Assembly (NCBI GenBank): GCA_965662465.1
Contig: CBFIIO010000004.1
Span: 67,500-131,499 of the forward strand
Direction: 5' to 3'
DNA from: Planctomycetota bacterium
GTDB taxonomy: Bacteria > Planctomycetota > UBA1135 > UBA2386
DNA: 64,000 bases
Shown here: positions 26,781 to 36,358 of the stretch, piece after piece
How the letters are laid out: each line of letters starts with the position of its first letter
Position numbering within the stretch: the first letter of the stretch is position 1
The notes under the pieces: model-generated
Told to the model about the DNA's origin: nothing
Seen by the model: only the letters and a program-made list of their open reading frames with translations
Database searches by the model: none
Program-made: the position numbers and the translations under genes

Positions 26781-29519
26781 TCACTTGGAATGAAACAGCA
26801 AGCTGGTCGCAATGACTCGCACCATCGTAGCAAGTCCATCGCCTTGCTTGCGAGTAGCTGCAGTTATCTCATCAATTGCTGCCCGATCCGTGAAAGCTAA
26901 CGGGCGGCCCAGCGCAAATGTAGTGAGCTTGTAGATCATCGCGCGAACGAATTGGTCCTGCCGATTCTCGAGCAAAAAACGCTTCAATCCATCGACACCA
27001 TCGAGCTTCTGCCGATTGAACAGGTAACTGACGGAATCGACTGGCTTGCCCTGTACCTCGGTCCGCCACAGACCTACGGCGTCATATTCCTCGAAAGCAA
27101 TGCCCCACGGATCAATCTTGGCATGACACGACATGCATGCTGGCGAATCACGATGGTTTTCGATCCGCTGCTTCAAAGTCAACTTCGCGATCTCAGGATC
27201 TGCCAAGTCAATCTCAGGAACTGCTGGCGGCGGTGGCGGCGGTGGATCATTCAGCAGACGCTCCAGCATCCAGATGCCACGCTTCAGTGGATGTGAGTCC
27301 AAACCATCTGAGTTCATCGCCAGCAAACCAGCTTGCGTTAACACGCCGCCACGCCGCTGCTCCGGCAAAAGTTCAACTCGCCGAAAGTGATTGCCGGTGA
27401 CATCACGCAAACCATAGTGCTGAGCGAGTCGCTCGTTCGCCATGGTGAAATCAGAGTGCAAAAACTCTAACACGCTGTGATTATTGCGCAGCACCTCGTG
27501 GAAGAACGCAACCGGTTCTTGCGCCATCGCCTCTTGCAAAACCGCATCAAAATGCGGGTAGGCCTTGCGGTCAACATGTAAGAAGTCGAGCAACTCCAGG
27601 CCCAACCACTGACGAACAAAGTGGCGCGACATACGCTGCGACTTTTGGTCGAACAAGAGACGTTCGATCTGCTGCGCTAGCACTTCCGCATCGTGCAGCC
27701 GCCCTTGCTTCGCCAAACTCAACAACTCTGCGTCTGGCGTGCTGCACCACAAGAACATCGATAGACGTGATGCTAATTCCAAGTCAGATAGCCGCTGCGC
27801 CACAAGTCCTGACTGGTTGGCTGGCTCCTCTGCGACCTCTCCCGACTCTACGATGTAGAGGAAGTTGGGCGAGGCAAGCACAGTCGCTAGCACCTCAATC
27901 ATTGCCTCTTCCAAACTGTCACACTTAGGTCGAATCTTGTCGAAGAGAGCTAGCTTGCGATCGACCTCTGCATCTGTGGCATCACGTCGCCATGCGCGTG
28001 GCAGAAACGCCGCAATCACATCACGTGCATACTCATGATCACTGACATCATCGCGCCGTGTCACAAACACATCGTTATGAGATGCCGGCGGCCACTGTTC
28101 AAAAAACGGCGCAGTCACCTCAACGTAATCGATCTCGATATCAGCGCCGGTAACCGACCCATTCACGATCTTCAAATACTCGGACGGGCTTGGGATAGCT
28201 CCCAGCTTTGACGTCGTGCGCACGAGGTTGCGCGGATAAATCTGACTTAGCGGGACATCCCATTGATAGAAGCGCGAATCACCCGCCGCTACAACTAGGT
28301 CTCGCTCGCTGATTCTCATCACCGCACTCGAGTCATTGCTCGCCTGCCAACCAAAATGCAACTGCATGCTTGGCGCAACAGCACCGTTGCGACTCGCACG
28401 CGATGCCCGCACCCTAATTCGTAGCATGCCACGCTCTGGCAGTTGATTGCCAAGCTCTACGATCATTCCTCGACCTTTCGGAATGACTCCTAAAAACGCT
28501 GGATCCGTCGGCGGTTCAGGTCGCGCAGCAACAGGCTTCCATGCAAAGCTAGCGCCGTTGTAGCCCCACGATTGATGAGCTATTCGACCAGTCGATAGAT
28601 CTTCGTAATACGCGCGATTCGGTCGAACCCGATATCGCTTTTCTTGACGTGCCAACTCCGACTGCAGCTTCTCAGGGTCAGCAGCGTGCTTCTTGCGAAT
28701 ATTCTTAAGTTGCTGGTCTTGCTTCCGCCACTCAACGGCCGAAGCAGTTTCCATAGAGAGCCCCCAATACATTGGCTCTGGCCGCGCCCCCACAGCTGTG
28801 GCCAACTGCAGAGCTTTGCGACTCGATTCTAAGTAAGCCCTAAACTGCACTCCCGACAGGTGCAACACTTCAGAGCTGTTCTGAAAGCCGTCGACCGAAG
28901 CAGGATCTGGTGGCAAGTCTTCGGCGAAATCAAAAGGCAGCCCAAGAAGATCCTGAAGCGCGTAGTTGTATTCGTAGCGGGCCATCCTTCGAAATGACGA
29001 GTGGGTATTCGTCGCACGACGGGTAGACGATGCGATCTGCACTTCTGACGCCAACCATTCAATTACCTTCGCACGGTCGGTGTCTGCAAGCTCGACATCG
29101 TCTTCAGGTGGCATCTCGCCGTTAGTCAAGACAGCCAAAACCTCTAGCCACCAATCGACGTCACGTCCGCCGAACAAGTCTGCGTCTAACGTGTCGATGC
29201 GAATCTCACCCTTCTGCTTGTCAGGCCCGTGACACTCGTAGCAAGCCTTCGCCAAAATCGGTTCGATGTCACGCTGGAACGTCAGAAGATCAGGCTTGGG
29301 GATTCCTTCCGTTACCGGCTTCGAGTCGTGGACGCGATAGCTTGATCGCAACGCTCCTTGCGCCTTGAGCTGCTCAAGCGACAGGCGAACAGAATCTTCG
29401 ACTGTCTTATCAGGGGCTACTTTCGACTCTTCTTCTGACTGGGCTGCAATGCTGCCTACGCAGCTGCAAATCATCGTGAAGAGCCAAAGGAAGCGCGGGT
29501 TCTTAGTGGCGTCGGTCAT
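26781..29519 (-). CDS. DUF1592/DUF1588/DUF1587/DUF1585/DUF1595-type protein with cytochrome-c motifs
   Basis: 912 aa with a signal peptide. It has CxxCH motifs CYECHGPDKQKGEIRIDTL and CMSCHAKIDPWG, and a poly-Pro stretch NDPPPPPPPAVPE. Confidence 0.85.
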   Translation of the reverse strand: MTDATKNPRFLWLFTMICSCVGSIAAQSEEESKVAPDKTVEDSVRLSLEQLKAQGALRSSYRVHDSKPVTEGIPKPDLLTFQRDIEPILAKACYECHGPDKQKGEIRIDTLDADLFGGRDVDWWLEVLAVLTNGEMPPEDDVELADTDRAKVIEWLASEVQIASSTRRATNTHSSFRRMARYEYNYALQDLLGLPFDFAEDLPPDPASVDGFQNSSEVLHLSGVQFRAYLESSRKALQLATAVGARPEPMYWGLSMETASAVEWRKQDQQLKNIRKKHAADPEKLQSELARQEKRYRVRPNRAYYEDLSTGRIAHQSWGYNGASFAWKPVAARPEPPTDPAFLGVIPKGRGMIVELGNQLPERGMLRIRVRASRASRNGAVAPSMQLHFGWQASNDSSAVMRISERDLVVAAGDSRFYQWDVPLSQIYPRNLVRTTSKLGAIPSPSEYLKIVNGSVTGADIEIDYVEVTAPFFEQWPPASHNDVFVTRRDDVSDHEYARDVIAAFLPRAWRRDATDAEVDRKLALFDKIRPKCDSLEEAMIEVLATVLASPNFLYIVESGEVAEEPANQSGLVAQRLSDLELASRLSMFLWCSTPDAELLSLAKQGRLHDAEVLAQQIERLLFDQKSQRMSRHFVRQWLGLELLDFLHVDRKAYPHFDAVLQEAMAQEPVAFFHEVLRNNHSVLEFLHSDFTMANERLAQHYGLRDVTGNHFRRVELLPEQRRGGVLTQAGLLAMNSDGLDSHPLKRGIWMLERLLNDPPPPPPPAVPEIDLADPEIAKLTLKQRIENHRDSPACMSCHAKIDPWGIAFEEYDAVGLWRTEVQGKPVDSVSYLFNRQKLDGVDGLKRFLLENRQDQFVRAMIYKLTTFALGRPLAFTDRAAIDEITAATRKQGDGLATMVRVIATSLLFHSK

Positions 29520-29735
29520 TTCAGTTCGCGAACTCGTGCCAGACGAGTGCCGTGAGCATAGCGTGATTTACCAGCTCATACCTCGCACTGCATTACGCCT
29601 TAGCCGATCAGCGGATCGCGATGATGAGCTAAGGGGTCCGATGCTAGGAGGATTCTGAAAACATCTTCGCTAGAATGCCCAGCTAACACCAACCATGGAA
29701 TAGATCCGTGGCAAGGCCCCAAAGTAACGCTCCTG

Positions 29736-30659
29736 ATGACAATGCAACGATTCCATCCAATCGGAACCCCTGGACAGCCATGGTCAGATACCGACAAGGC
29801 AACTTGGTTTCATGGGCAACAAGTTCAACGAAGCTATCGCGAGGAGGTTCTCGACAAGCTGGAGCGCCTCTCGACAAAATTCGAAGTGGAACAGTATGGA
29901 GCTCTAAGTCTCGACCCCGAAAAATACCCGCTCTTCGCGGTCACCTGCCGAGCCACTAAGCCGGACCTACCCTGGGCACTAGTAACCGGCGGTGTCCATG
30001 GTTACGAGACTAGCGGAGTGCAGGGCGCGCTCACGTTCCTAGAGACCAAAGCGGCCGATTATGCGCATCTCGTCAATCTACTAGTTGCGCCATGCGTGAG
30101 TCCTTGGAGCTATGAAGTCATCCACCGCTGGAACCCACTCACAATCGATCCAAATCGTTCCTTTGCCGCTGACAGCGCTTGCCAAGAAACTGGCGCACTC
30201 CTGGCCAAAGTTGCCAAGCTTGGTGTGTCATTCCTCATGCATATCGACCTGCATGAAACGACCGACACTGACGAAAGTGAGTTTCGCCCAGCATTAGCCG
30301 CACGCGATGGCGCGCCTTATGAGCCAGGCCTGATTCCTGACGGCTTCTACACAGTCGGCGACACAGAAAATCCGCAGCCTGATTTCCAAAAAGCAATCGT
30401 CTCAGCTGTCGAGCAAGTCACCCATATTGCACCAGCAGATGATCAGGGCGAAATCATTGGCTGCAAAGTGACGCAGCACGGGGTCATCAACTATCCGCTA
30501 TCTTCACTCAACTTGTGTGCAAGCATGACCGGTGCCCAATTCACGAGCACTACAGAAGTATATCCCGATAGCCCGCGAGTCACGGCAGACGACTGCAACG
30601 CAGCGCAAGTTGCTGCAGCGACCGCCGCACTCGACTATGCACTCGCGCATCAAAAGTAG
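29736..30659 (+). CDS. M14-like zinc carboxypeptidase / succinylglutamate desuccinylase-aspartoacylase superfamily protein
   Basis: 307 aa. Zinc-ligand-like motifs are GGVHGYETSG (HxxE) and MHIDLHETTD. Confidence 0.65.
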   Translation: MTMQRFHPIGTPGQPWSDTDKATWFHGQQVQRSYREEVLDKLERLSTKFEVEQYGALSLDPEKYPLFAVTCRATKPDLPWALVTGGVHGYETSGVQGALTFLETKAADYAHLVNLLVAPCVSPWSYEVIHRWNPLTIDPNRSFAADSACQETGALLAKVAKLGVSFLMHIDLHETTDTDESEFRPALAARDGAPYEPGLIPDGFYTVGDTENPQPDFQKAIVSAVEQVTHIAPADDQGEIIGCKVTQHGVINYPLSSLNLCASMTGAQFTSTTEVYPDSPRVTADDCNAAQVAAATAALDYALAHQK

Positions 30660-30763
30660 GGCTGCCCGCTAAGCCCAAACTTCAACAGCCTGTGCTAAGA
30701 CTGACTTCCTTAGCGCAATCATGCAGCGATGCATGATACAACGGCCTACGAGCAATCGAGCAG

Positions 30764-31048
30764 GTGGCTGACAAGTCGAACCAACACATTCCTACTATGC
30801 CAATCGACAAGTCCAAACGGGGCACCGCAATCAGCGCCAATATGCCGCTTCTGATGGCACAAGCCGTCTATGCCCAGGTCAAGAACGGCAACCATACATC
30901 GGCAGGCGCAGTAGTACGCGCGGCTGTGCGCTTATATCTAAAGCTCGACGAAAACGACGAGCCCATAGAGCCTGAACCAGAACCCCACCGGCGCGGCCAC
31001 AAACGCCGTCGCGGCCAGCACAAAGTTGACCCCGACGAAGATCGCTAA
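30764..31048 (+). CDS. small ribbon-helix-helix-like protein with a charged tail
   Basis: 94 aa from GTG 30764 (an ATG alternative is at 30797). The segment GTAISANMPLLMAQAVYAQV...SAGAVVRAAVRLYL resembles a CopG/Arc-type RHH. The tail is basic/acidic. Confidence 0.4.
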   Translation: MADKSNQHIPTMPIDKSKRGTAISANMPLLMAQAVYAQVKNGNHTSAGAVVRAAVRLYLKLDENDEPIEPEPEPHRRGHKRRRGQHKVDPDEDR

Positions 31049-31153
31049 TAGCAAGACTCAAGGAGTTCGCTGCGAATCCCGAATAGCTACGAAGCCCACT
31101 AGGCTATCGCACAGCCGAACCTTCCCCTTGCGCCCTATACAACTGTCGCTGCG

Positions 31154-33049
31154 CTATAGCGGGATATAGCAGACTGTATTCGACAATAGGATCATGACGA
31201 ACACTAAGCATGTCGTCAGCGGTCCAAGATAGACCCTCCCGGTCATGCGGAAGAACAGTCGGTGGTAGAACGGCAGCACGAACATGATCGGCACCACCGC
31301 GAACAAAAGGTTCACATAGAGCCAACTGTCTGTCCAAAAGACAGTGCCGGTCTCAAAGAACACCCAGTATTGAATCGTCAGGATTAGGGCAAGCCCAAAC
31401 GTATTGGCCACACCAGCCAGCAGCATACTTAACAGTTCGGATGAACCTTCGAAGCGCATACTGCTATTCACACGAAGAGAGTTCGAGAAGAAGAACACGA
31501 AGAACAGCGGCGCATAAATCGGCAGCAACAACAACAATTCCGACCTGAACGCACGAACACCAAGGAAGACGAATCGGTAGTCGACGTGGAATAGCCAGTG
31601 CACGACTCCAAGCAGACTGAAAAACGCAGCAAACAGCATTACGGCAAGCGTGAAGGTTTTCAGCAGGTCTCGAAAACTGATGTAGAGACCCCAAACCTGC
31701 CGCAAACGTAGGCTTCGATTCTGTGTGGTGGTATCGACGGTCAGTAGGAATAGAGCAAAGCCAATCACGCCATTCAGCACCGCCCACAGCATCACTGCGT
31801 TATTCATCCGCTGCGGAAATAACCAGGTTTGTTCACGGTTACTGGCGGCGACGAAGACTTTCTGAGAAAGCTCACACAACGGCACAAAAGTGAAGCAGGA
31901 GATCAATCCCGACAGCAGGAACACGAACCAGAAAATCGCACGCCCTCTACCCCTGGGTCGTGGCAATGCTTCTGGCATCGGTTGCACTAAAGAATGAAAG
32001 ATCGGCAGCTTGAGTAATAGCCGCGCCAACGGCACAAGCATGACGAAGGCACAGATCAACGAGACAAGCGTCAGCAACTCCTTGCTCTGCCAAACTTGAT
32101 CCTTGCTAGAAATTCCGGAGTCGCGACTCCAGTCCATACCAAACACATGCTCGAAGTAATCGAGCTGGTTGGCCGTTGCTTCATGCGAATAAGGTTGAAC
32201 TGGATGAATGGTGCGCTCGTTGTGCACCACGCGCGATGTTCTATCAGCGACGCTCCCGTAGTATCGGCCCAGCTCAACCTCCGTTGGCGCAGCACTCGCT
32301 CCTACACCTGACGCGATGACCCGCAAAGATTCCGGCGCAAAGCGCATGTCGGCAGCAGCCCACATTGGCTCACCTACAGGTGGCTGTTTGGCAAACTCAT
32401 TGCGGAAAGCACCCTCGTCATAAAGCGCATAGCTGACGCCGATATTCGAACGAATATTGCTCAGCAGTCCCTTCTTCAGGGTCAGCACATATCCCGATAC
32501 ATAAATCGATTGCAGCTTGCTGGGCTGATTTGATTTACGCGCTTGCCTGCCAAAATAATTTGCCCCCCTAATCGCCGCGTTGCCGCCAGCCGAGTGACCA
32601 GTCGCCGCGACCCGACTTTTGTCGATGTAATTCAGGATGTTCGTGTCATGCAGATACTCAACGATAGCGAATAGGCCATAGCCTTCCGTCGTCGCCGACT
32701 GACGATGGATCGAAGAACTCGAGTCGCCTTGGGCGTAAGGATCTAAAGTGATGACGACAATGCCGCGACGCGATAATTCGATCCCTATGTTGAGCAGCGT
32801 TTCTTTACTGCGTTGGAAACCAGGTACCACGATGACAACCGGAGCTGGGTTATCCGAAGTAGCACTCCTGGGTTTGAGTAGTTCTGCTGAGATCCACTGG
32901 CCGTTCTGGGTCGGCAAGGTGATTGTCTGCACGGAAACCGCACCGCTCGAGTTCTGCACACGAGATGCGCAATAACTCGCAATCAGGATCACAAGAACCA
33001 GCGCCAGCACAAGCCAGCCCAAGCGATCTGGTTTACGTAAAGATTCCAT
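31154..33049 (-). CDS. alpha/beta hydrolase domain fused to a polytopic membrane domain
   Basis: 631 aa. It has an N-terminal TM anchor, then a hydrolase core (VVIVVPGF..., nucleophile elbow ATGHSAGGNAA). The C-terminal ~300 aa contain about 8 hydrophobic helices. Confidence 0.7.
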   Translation of the reverse strand: MESLRKPDRLGWLVLALVLVILIASYCASRVQNSSGAVSVQTITLPTQNGQWISAELLKPRSATSDNPAPVVIVVPGFQRSKETLLNIGIELSRRGIVVITLDPYAQGDSSSSIHRQSATTEGYGLFAIVEYLHDTNILNYIDKSRVAATGHSAGGNAAIRGANYFGRQARKSNQPSKLQSIYVSGYVLTLKKGLLSNIRSNIGVSYALYDEGAFRNEFAKQPPVGEPMWAAADMRFAPESLRVIASGVGASAAPTEVELGRYYGSVADRTSRVVHNERTIHPVQPYSHEATANQLDYFEHVFGMDWSRDSGISSKDQVWQSKELLTLVSLICAFVMLVPLARLLLKLPIFHSLVQPMPEALPRPRGRGRAIFWFVFLLSGLISCFTFVPLCELSQKVFVAASNREQTWLFPQRMNNAVMLWAVLNGVIGFALFLLTVDTTTQNRSLRLRQVWGLYISFRDLLKTFTLAVMLFAAFFSLLGVVHWLFHVDYRFVFLGVRAFRSELLLLLPIYAPLFFVFFFSNSLRVNSSMRFEGSSELLSMLLAGVANTFGLALILTIQYWVFFETGTVFWTDSWLYVNLLFAVVPIMFVLPFYHRLFFRMTGRVYLGPLTTCLVFVMILLSNTVCYIPL

Positions 33050-33200
33050 AGGATTGGATACAACGAGAGCAAACTGCCCGGCGACACTCCTCGCAACAAG
33101 GAATCAGGGACATGGCTTAATCCAGGGCTTTACGCTGCGTAAGATCTGCATAGCTACTTTGGCACCCACCGGTCCAGCATTTGATACGAGTCGAGCCCAC

Positions 33201-35678
33201 ATGCACAAACTTGCCACGATAAGTCTGGCGACGCTCATCATGACCAGTGCCATAGCGGCACGGCCACAAGACAAGCGACAGGAACAGGCATTCGCAAATA
33301 CCTATGCATCAAACTGGCCATCTTGGCGCGGCCCGCTTGGCTCTGGTGAAGCTCAGTCTGGCAGTCCCCCGACAAATTGGGCGGAAGCTACCGAAGATAC
33401 GCCAGCCAGGAACATCGCCTGGAAAACCAAAGTCGAGGGGCTTGGCATCTCATCGCCAATCGTCTGGCAAAGCCGCATCTACATGACGACTGCTATTGCC
33501 ACCGATCGCCCTGGGGTAGCCGATGCCGACATCATCCCTCAAGACCATCGAGCTGTACCTAGGCCGACCGTTATCTACGAGTTTGCAGTCATTGCGATAA
33601 ATCGAAAGGACGGGTCGATAGCTTGGCAGAAGAAATTAACCGAGGCAGTGCCGCATGAGGGCGGCCACAGAACCAACAGTCATGCGTCAAGTTCGCCGGT
33701 CACTGACGGCCAACACATCTACGCAAGCTTTGGGTCGCACGGAGTGTATTGCCTCAACTTCGAAGGCGATGTGATTTGGGCCAAGATGATGGGGACAATG
33801 AGCACGCGGCGCCAATACGGGGAAGGCAGTTCTCCGGCTCTGCATGGTGATCAACTCATTATCAACTGGGACCATGAGGGCGAATCATTCCTAGCTGTAT
33901 TAGACAAACGCACGGGGAAAGAACTCTGGCGGCAACCACGCAATGAGGTAACCAGCTGGTCTACTCCAATCGTGGCCGAGGTCGACGGCCGCACGCAAGT
34001 CATCGTCAACGCCACCAGTGCTTCACGAGGTTACGATCTACATACCGGCAAAGTAATCTGGTCACTAGCCGGGATGACCGTCAACTGCATCCCCATCCCG
34101 ATTCATGAAAAAGGCATCGTCTACCTCATGAGCGGATATCGAGGCAAGATGCTACAGGCAGTGAGCCTCGCGGGCGCGACTGGTGATTTGACAGGCAGTA
34201 AGAACTTGCTGTGGCAGCACACACGTAGCACGTCGTATGTGCCTTCTGCCGCACTGCATGACCAGCGCCTCTACTTTGTGCGAGGCAACACAGCGGTGCT
34301 TTCTTGCCTCGACGCGATGTCCGGAGAGGTTCTCTACGAAGGCCAACGGCTACCTGGTCTACGCGAAGTCTATGCATCCCCAGTATGCGCCGACGGCCGT
34401 ATCTACCTGACATCTCGAGAAGGCGTCACCATCGTTATCAAAAGTGGATCATCATTTGAACAGCTGGCAGTCAATCGAATCGACGACGAAGTCGACGCTT
34501 CGTCAGCAATTATCGGTGATTCCATCTACATGCGCGGGCGGCAGTACATGTATTGCATAGCCAAAGATGCCGAGCCCAAAACAGGCCAACCATCACCCAA
34601 AACGAAGACTACTGCAGGGTCCGTAAACCGACTTTCTTATCGCCGCATCGGTTCACTCGGTGATGGATCAGAACGCACCGCATCTCTGTCGATCGGTGAC
34701 ATTGACGGTGATGACGACCTAGATGTAGTTGTCGCAAACGGCCGGCATTGGGCTGGTCAAAACAAGATCTTCCTGAACGATCTCAAGAATGGAGGCAGCG
34801 GGACATTCAGCACTCAGCACAACCTCGGTGCGGAACAATCGACAAGCTATACCGCAGCTCTAGACGACATCGACGGCGATGGAGATCTTGATGCCGTAGT
34901 AGGCAACGACAAGAAGCCGAGCTACATCATGCTGAATGACGGCACGGGAAAGTTTGTCAAAGGTGCGAGAGTGGGCCCGATCTCAAACACACGAAGCGTT
35001 ACGCTCGCCGACCTTGACGGCAAAGACGGGGTTGATGTGATCTTCACCAACCGACGAGAAGAGAACCTGATTTGCTTCAACGACGGTCGTGGTGGCTTCA
35101 CGCGGACAACCACATTTGGAGACAAGTCTGATGCGACCATCAACGTGGCTGCCGCCGACTTAGACAGCGACGGCGACCTCGATCTAGCAGTTGCCAATCG
35201 TGAGGGGCAACAGAATCGAGTCTATATCAATGACGGCACGGGTGACTTCAAGCAGTCAGCAATCTACGGAACCGGAACTGATATGACTCGTGGCGTCGCG
35301 ATTGCCGACGTCGATGGCGATGGACACCTTGACATTATCAATGCCAACATTGGACATCCCAATGCAATCTACTACGGCGACGGAGCATTGCGATTTGATC
35401 GCTCAAGACCATTTGGTAAGGATGCCAAAAGCTACGCAGTGCTGGCAGCTGACCTCAACTGCGACGGGCTCCTCGATATCGCCGTGGCAAACGTTAAAGA
35501 GCCAAACGCAGTCTATCTGCAACGCGATGATCATACCTTTGACAGGATCCCATTTGGAACAGCTGCAGGTATCACATACGGCCTAGTAGCCGGCGACTGG
35601 AACGGCGATGGGTTACCAGAAATCGCGACTGCGAATTCCGACGGCCGCAACTGGCTCTATCAACTGCAGAGTCGCTAG
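33201..35678 (+). CDS. PQQ-like (BamB-type) beta-propeller fused to FG-GAP/VCBS repeats
   Basis: Trimmed to ATG 33201 (MHKLATISLATLIMTSAIAA). The N-terminal half has PQQ-propeller-like repeats (SSPVVxxxRIYxxT pattern). The C-terminal half has repeated DxDGDGDLD...VANxxxxN motifs. Confidence 0.8.
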   Translation: MHKLATISLATLIMTSAIAARPQDKRQEQAFANTYASNWPSWRGPLGSGEAQSGSPPTNWAEATEDTPARNIAWKTKVEGLGISSPIVWQSRIYMTTAIATDRPGVADADIIPQDHRAVPRPTVIYEFAVIAINRKDGSIAWQKKLTEAVPHEGGHRTNSHASSSPVTDGQHIYASFGSHGVYCLNFEGDVIWAKMMGTMSTRRQYGEGSSPALHGDQLIINWDHEGESFLAVLDKRTGKELWRQPRNEVTSWSTPIVAEVDGRTQVIVNATSASRGYDLHTGKVIWSLAGMTVNCIPIPIHEKGIVYLMSGYRGKMLQAVSLAGATGDLTGSKNLLWQHTRSTSYVPSAALHDQRLYFVRGNTAVLSCLDAMSGEVLYEGQRLPGLREVYASPVCADGRIYLTSREGVTIVIKSGSSFEQLAVNRIDDEVDASSAIIGDSIYMRGRQYMYCIAKDAEPKTGQPSPKTKTTAGSVNRLSYRRIGSLGDGSERTASLSIGDIDGDDDLDVVVANGRHWAGQNKIFLNDLKNGGSGTFSTQHNLGAEQSTSYTAALDDIDGDGDLDAVVGNDKKPSYIMLNDGTGKFVKGARVGPISNTRSVTLADLDGKDGVDVIFTNRREENLICFNDGRGGFTRTTTFGDKSDATINVAAADLDSDGDLDLAVANREGQQNRVYINDGTGDFKQSAIYGTGTDMTRGVAIADVDGDGHLDIINANIGHPNAIYYGDGALRFDRSRPFGKDAKSYAVLAADLNCDGLLDIAVANVKEPNAVYLQRDDHTFDRIPFGTAAGITYGLVAGDWNGDGLPEIATANSDGRNWLYQLQSR

Positions 35679-35751
35679 ATAGAACCTCCGTCGACGATCC
35701 GCTCAACTAGACAATGGCCAACATGTAAATGTCGGTCAGCCTTTCGTCGCT

Positions 35752-36213
35752 CTAAGACTTAGGAATCACGACCGGCGTCGTCTCGCCTGGTCGACGCAAC
35801 ATCTTTTCGATCTCGCTGAGGTGGTTCTCCTCATCCATGATCATCGTGCGTGCATACTCTTCGAGTCGGACATCCTGATCCTTCACGAGAGCCAGTAGCT
35901 CACGGTACTTTTTGACCCCCAGAAGTTCGTGCTCAATCGATTCCTCCAGAATGGCAGCGATGTCGTGCTTCTGAGTCTCAAGCAGCGGACCAATCTGCAG
36001 CGATGGGTGACCGCCCATGCTCGTCACATATTCTCCGGCCTCAATCGCGTGATTATGAGATTCGGTCGCAACGTCACGAAACCACTTGGTGATCGGAATC
36101 CGCGCATGACCAAAAATCATAAGCGAGTAGTGAGTGTAGCGAACGAGGCCAGCGAGCTCGAGTTCGAGGATTTCGTTCAGAACGGCAACTACTGCATCCT
36201 TGTTCATCGTCAT
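35752..36213 (-). CDS. bacterioferritin-like / ferritin-like domain protein
   Basis: Trimmed to ATG 36213 (MTMNKDAVVAVLNEILELELAGLVRY...). It has four-helix-bundle di-iron-type E/H spacing (ESHNHAIE, EESIEHE, MDEENH). Confidence 0.75.
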   Translation of the reverse strand: MTMNKDAVVAVLNEILELELAGLVRYTHYSLMIFGHARIPITKWFRDVATESHNHAIEAGEYVTSMGGHPSLQIGPLLETQKHDIAAILEESIEHELLGVKKYRELLALVKDQDVRLEEYARTMIMDEENHLSEIEKMLRRPGETTPVVIPKS

Positions 36214-36358
36214 ATTGTGGCGAGAGTTTAGCGACGACAGCCGCACAAGGAAGCAACTGCGTCTGGGCGAACTGAAAGATGGCAGAGTACAGACAGGCGC
36301 CGCGCAGCTCAGTTGAGCCGCACGGCGCCGTCTATCGCTTAATAAAAGCGCTCCTCTA

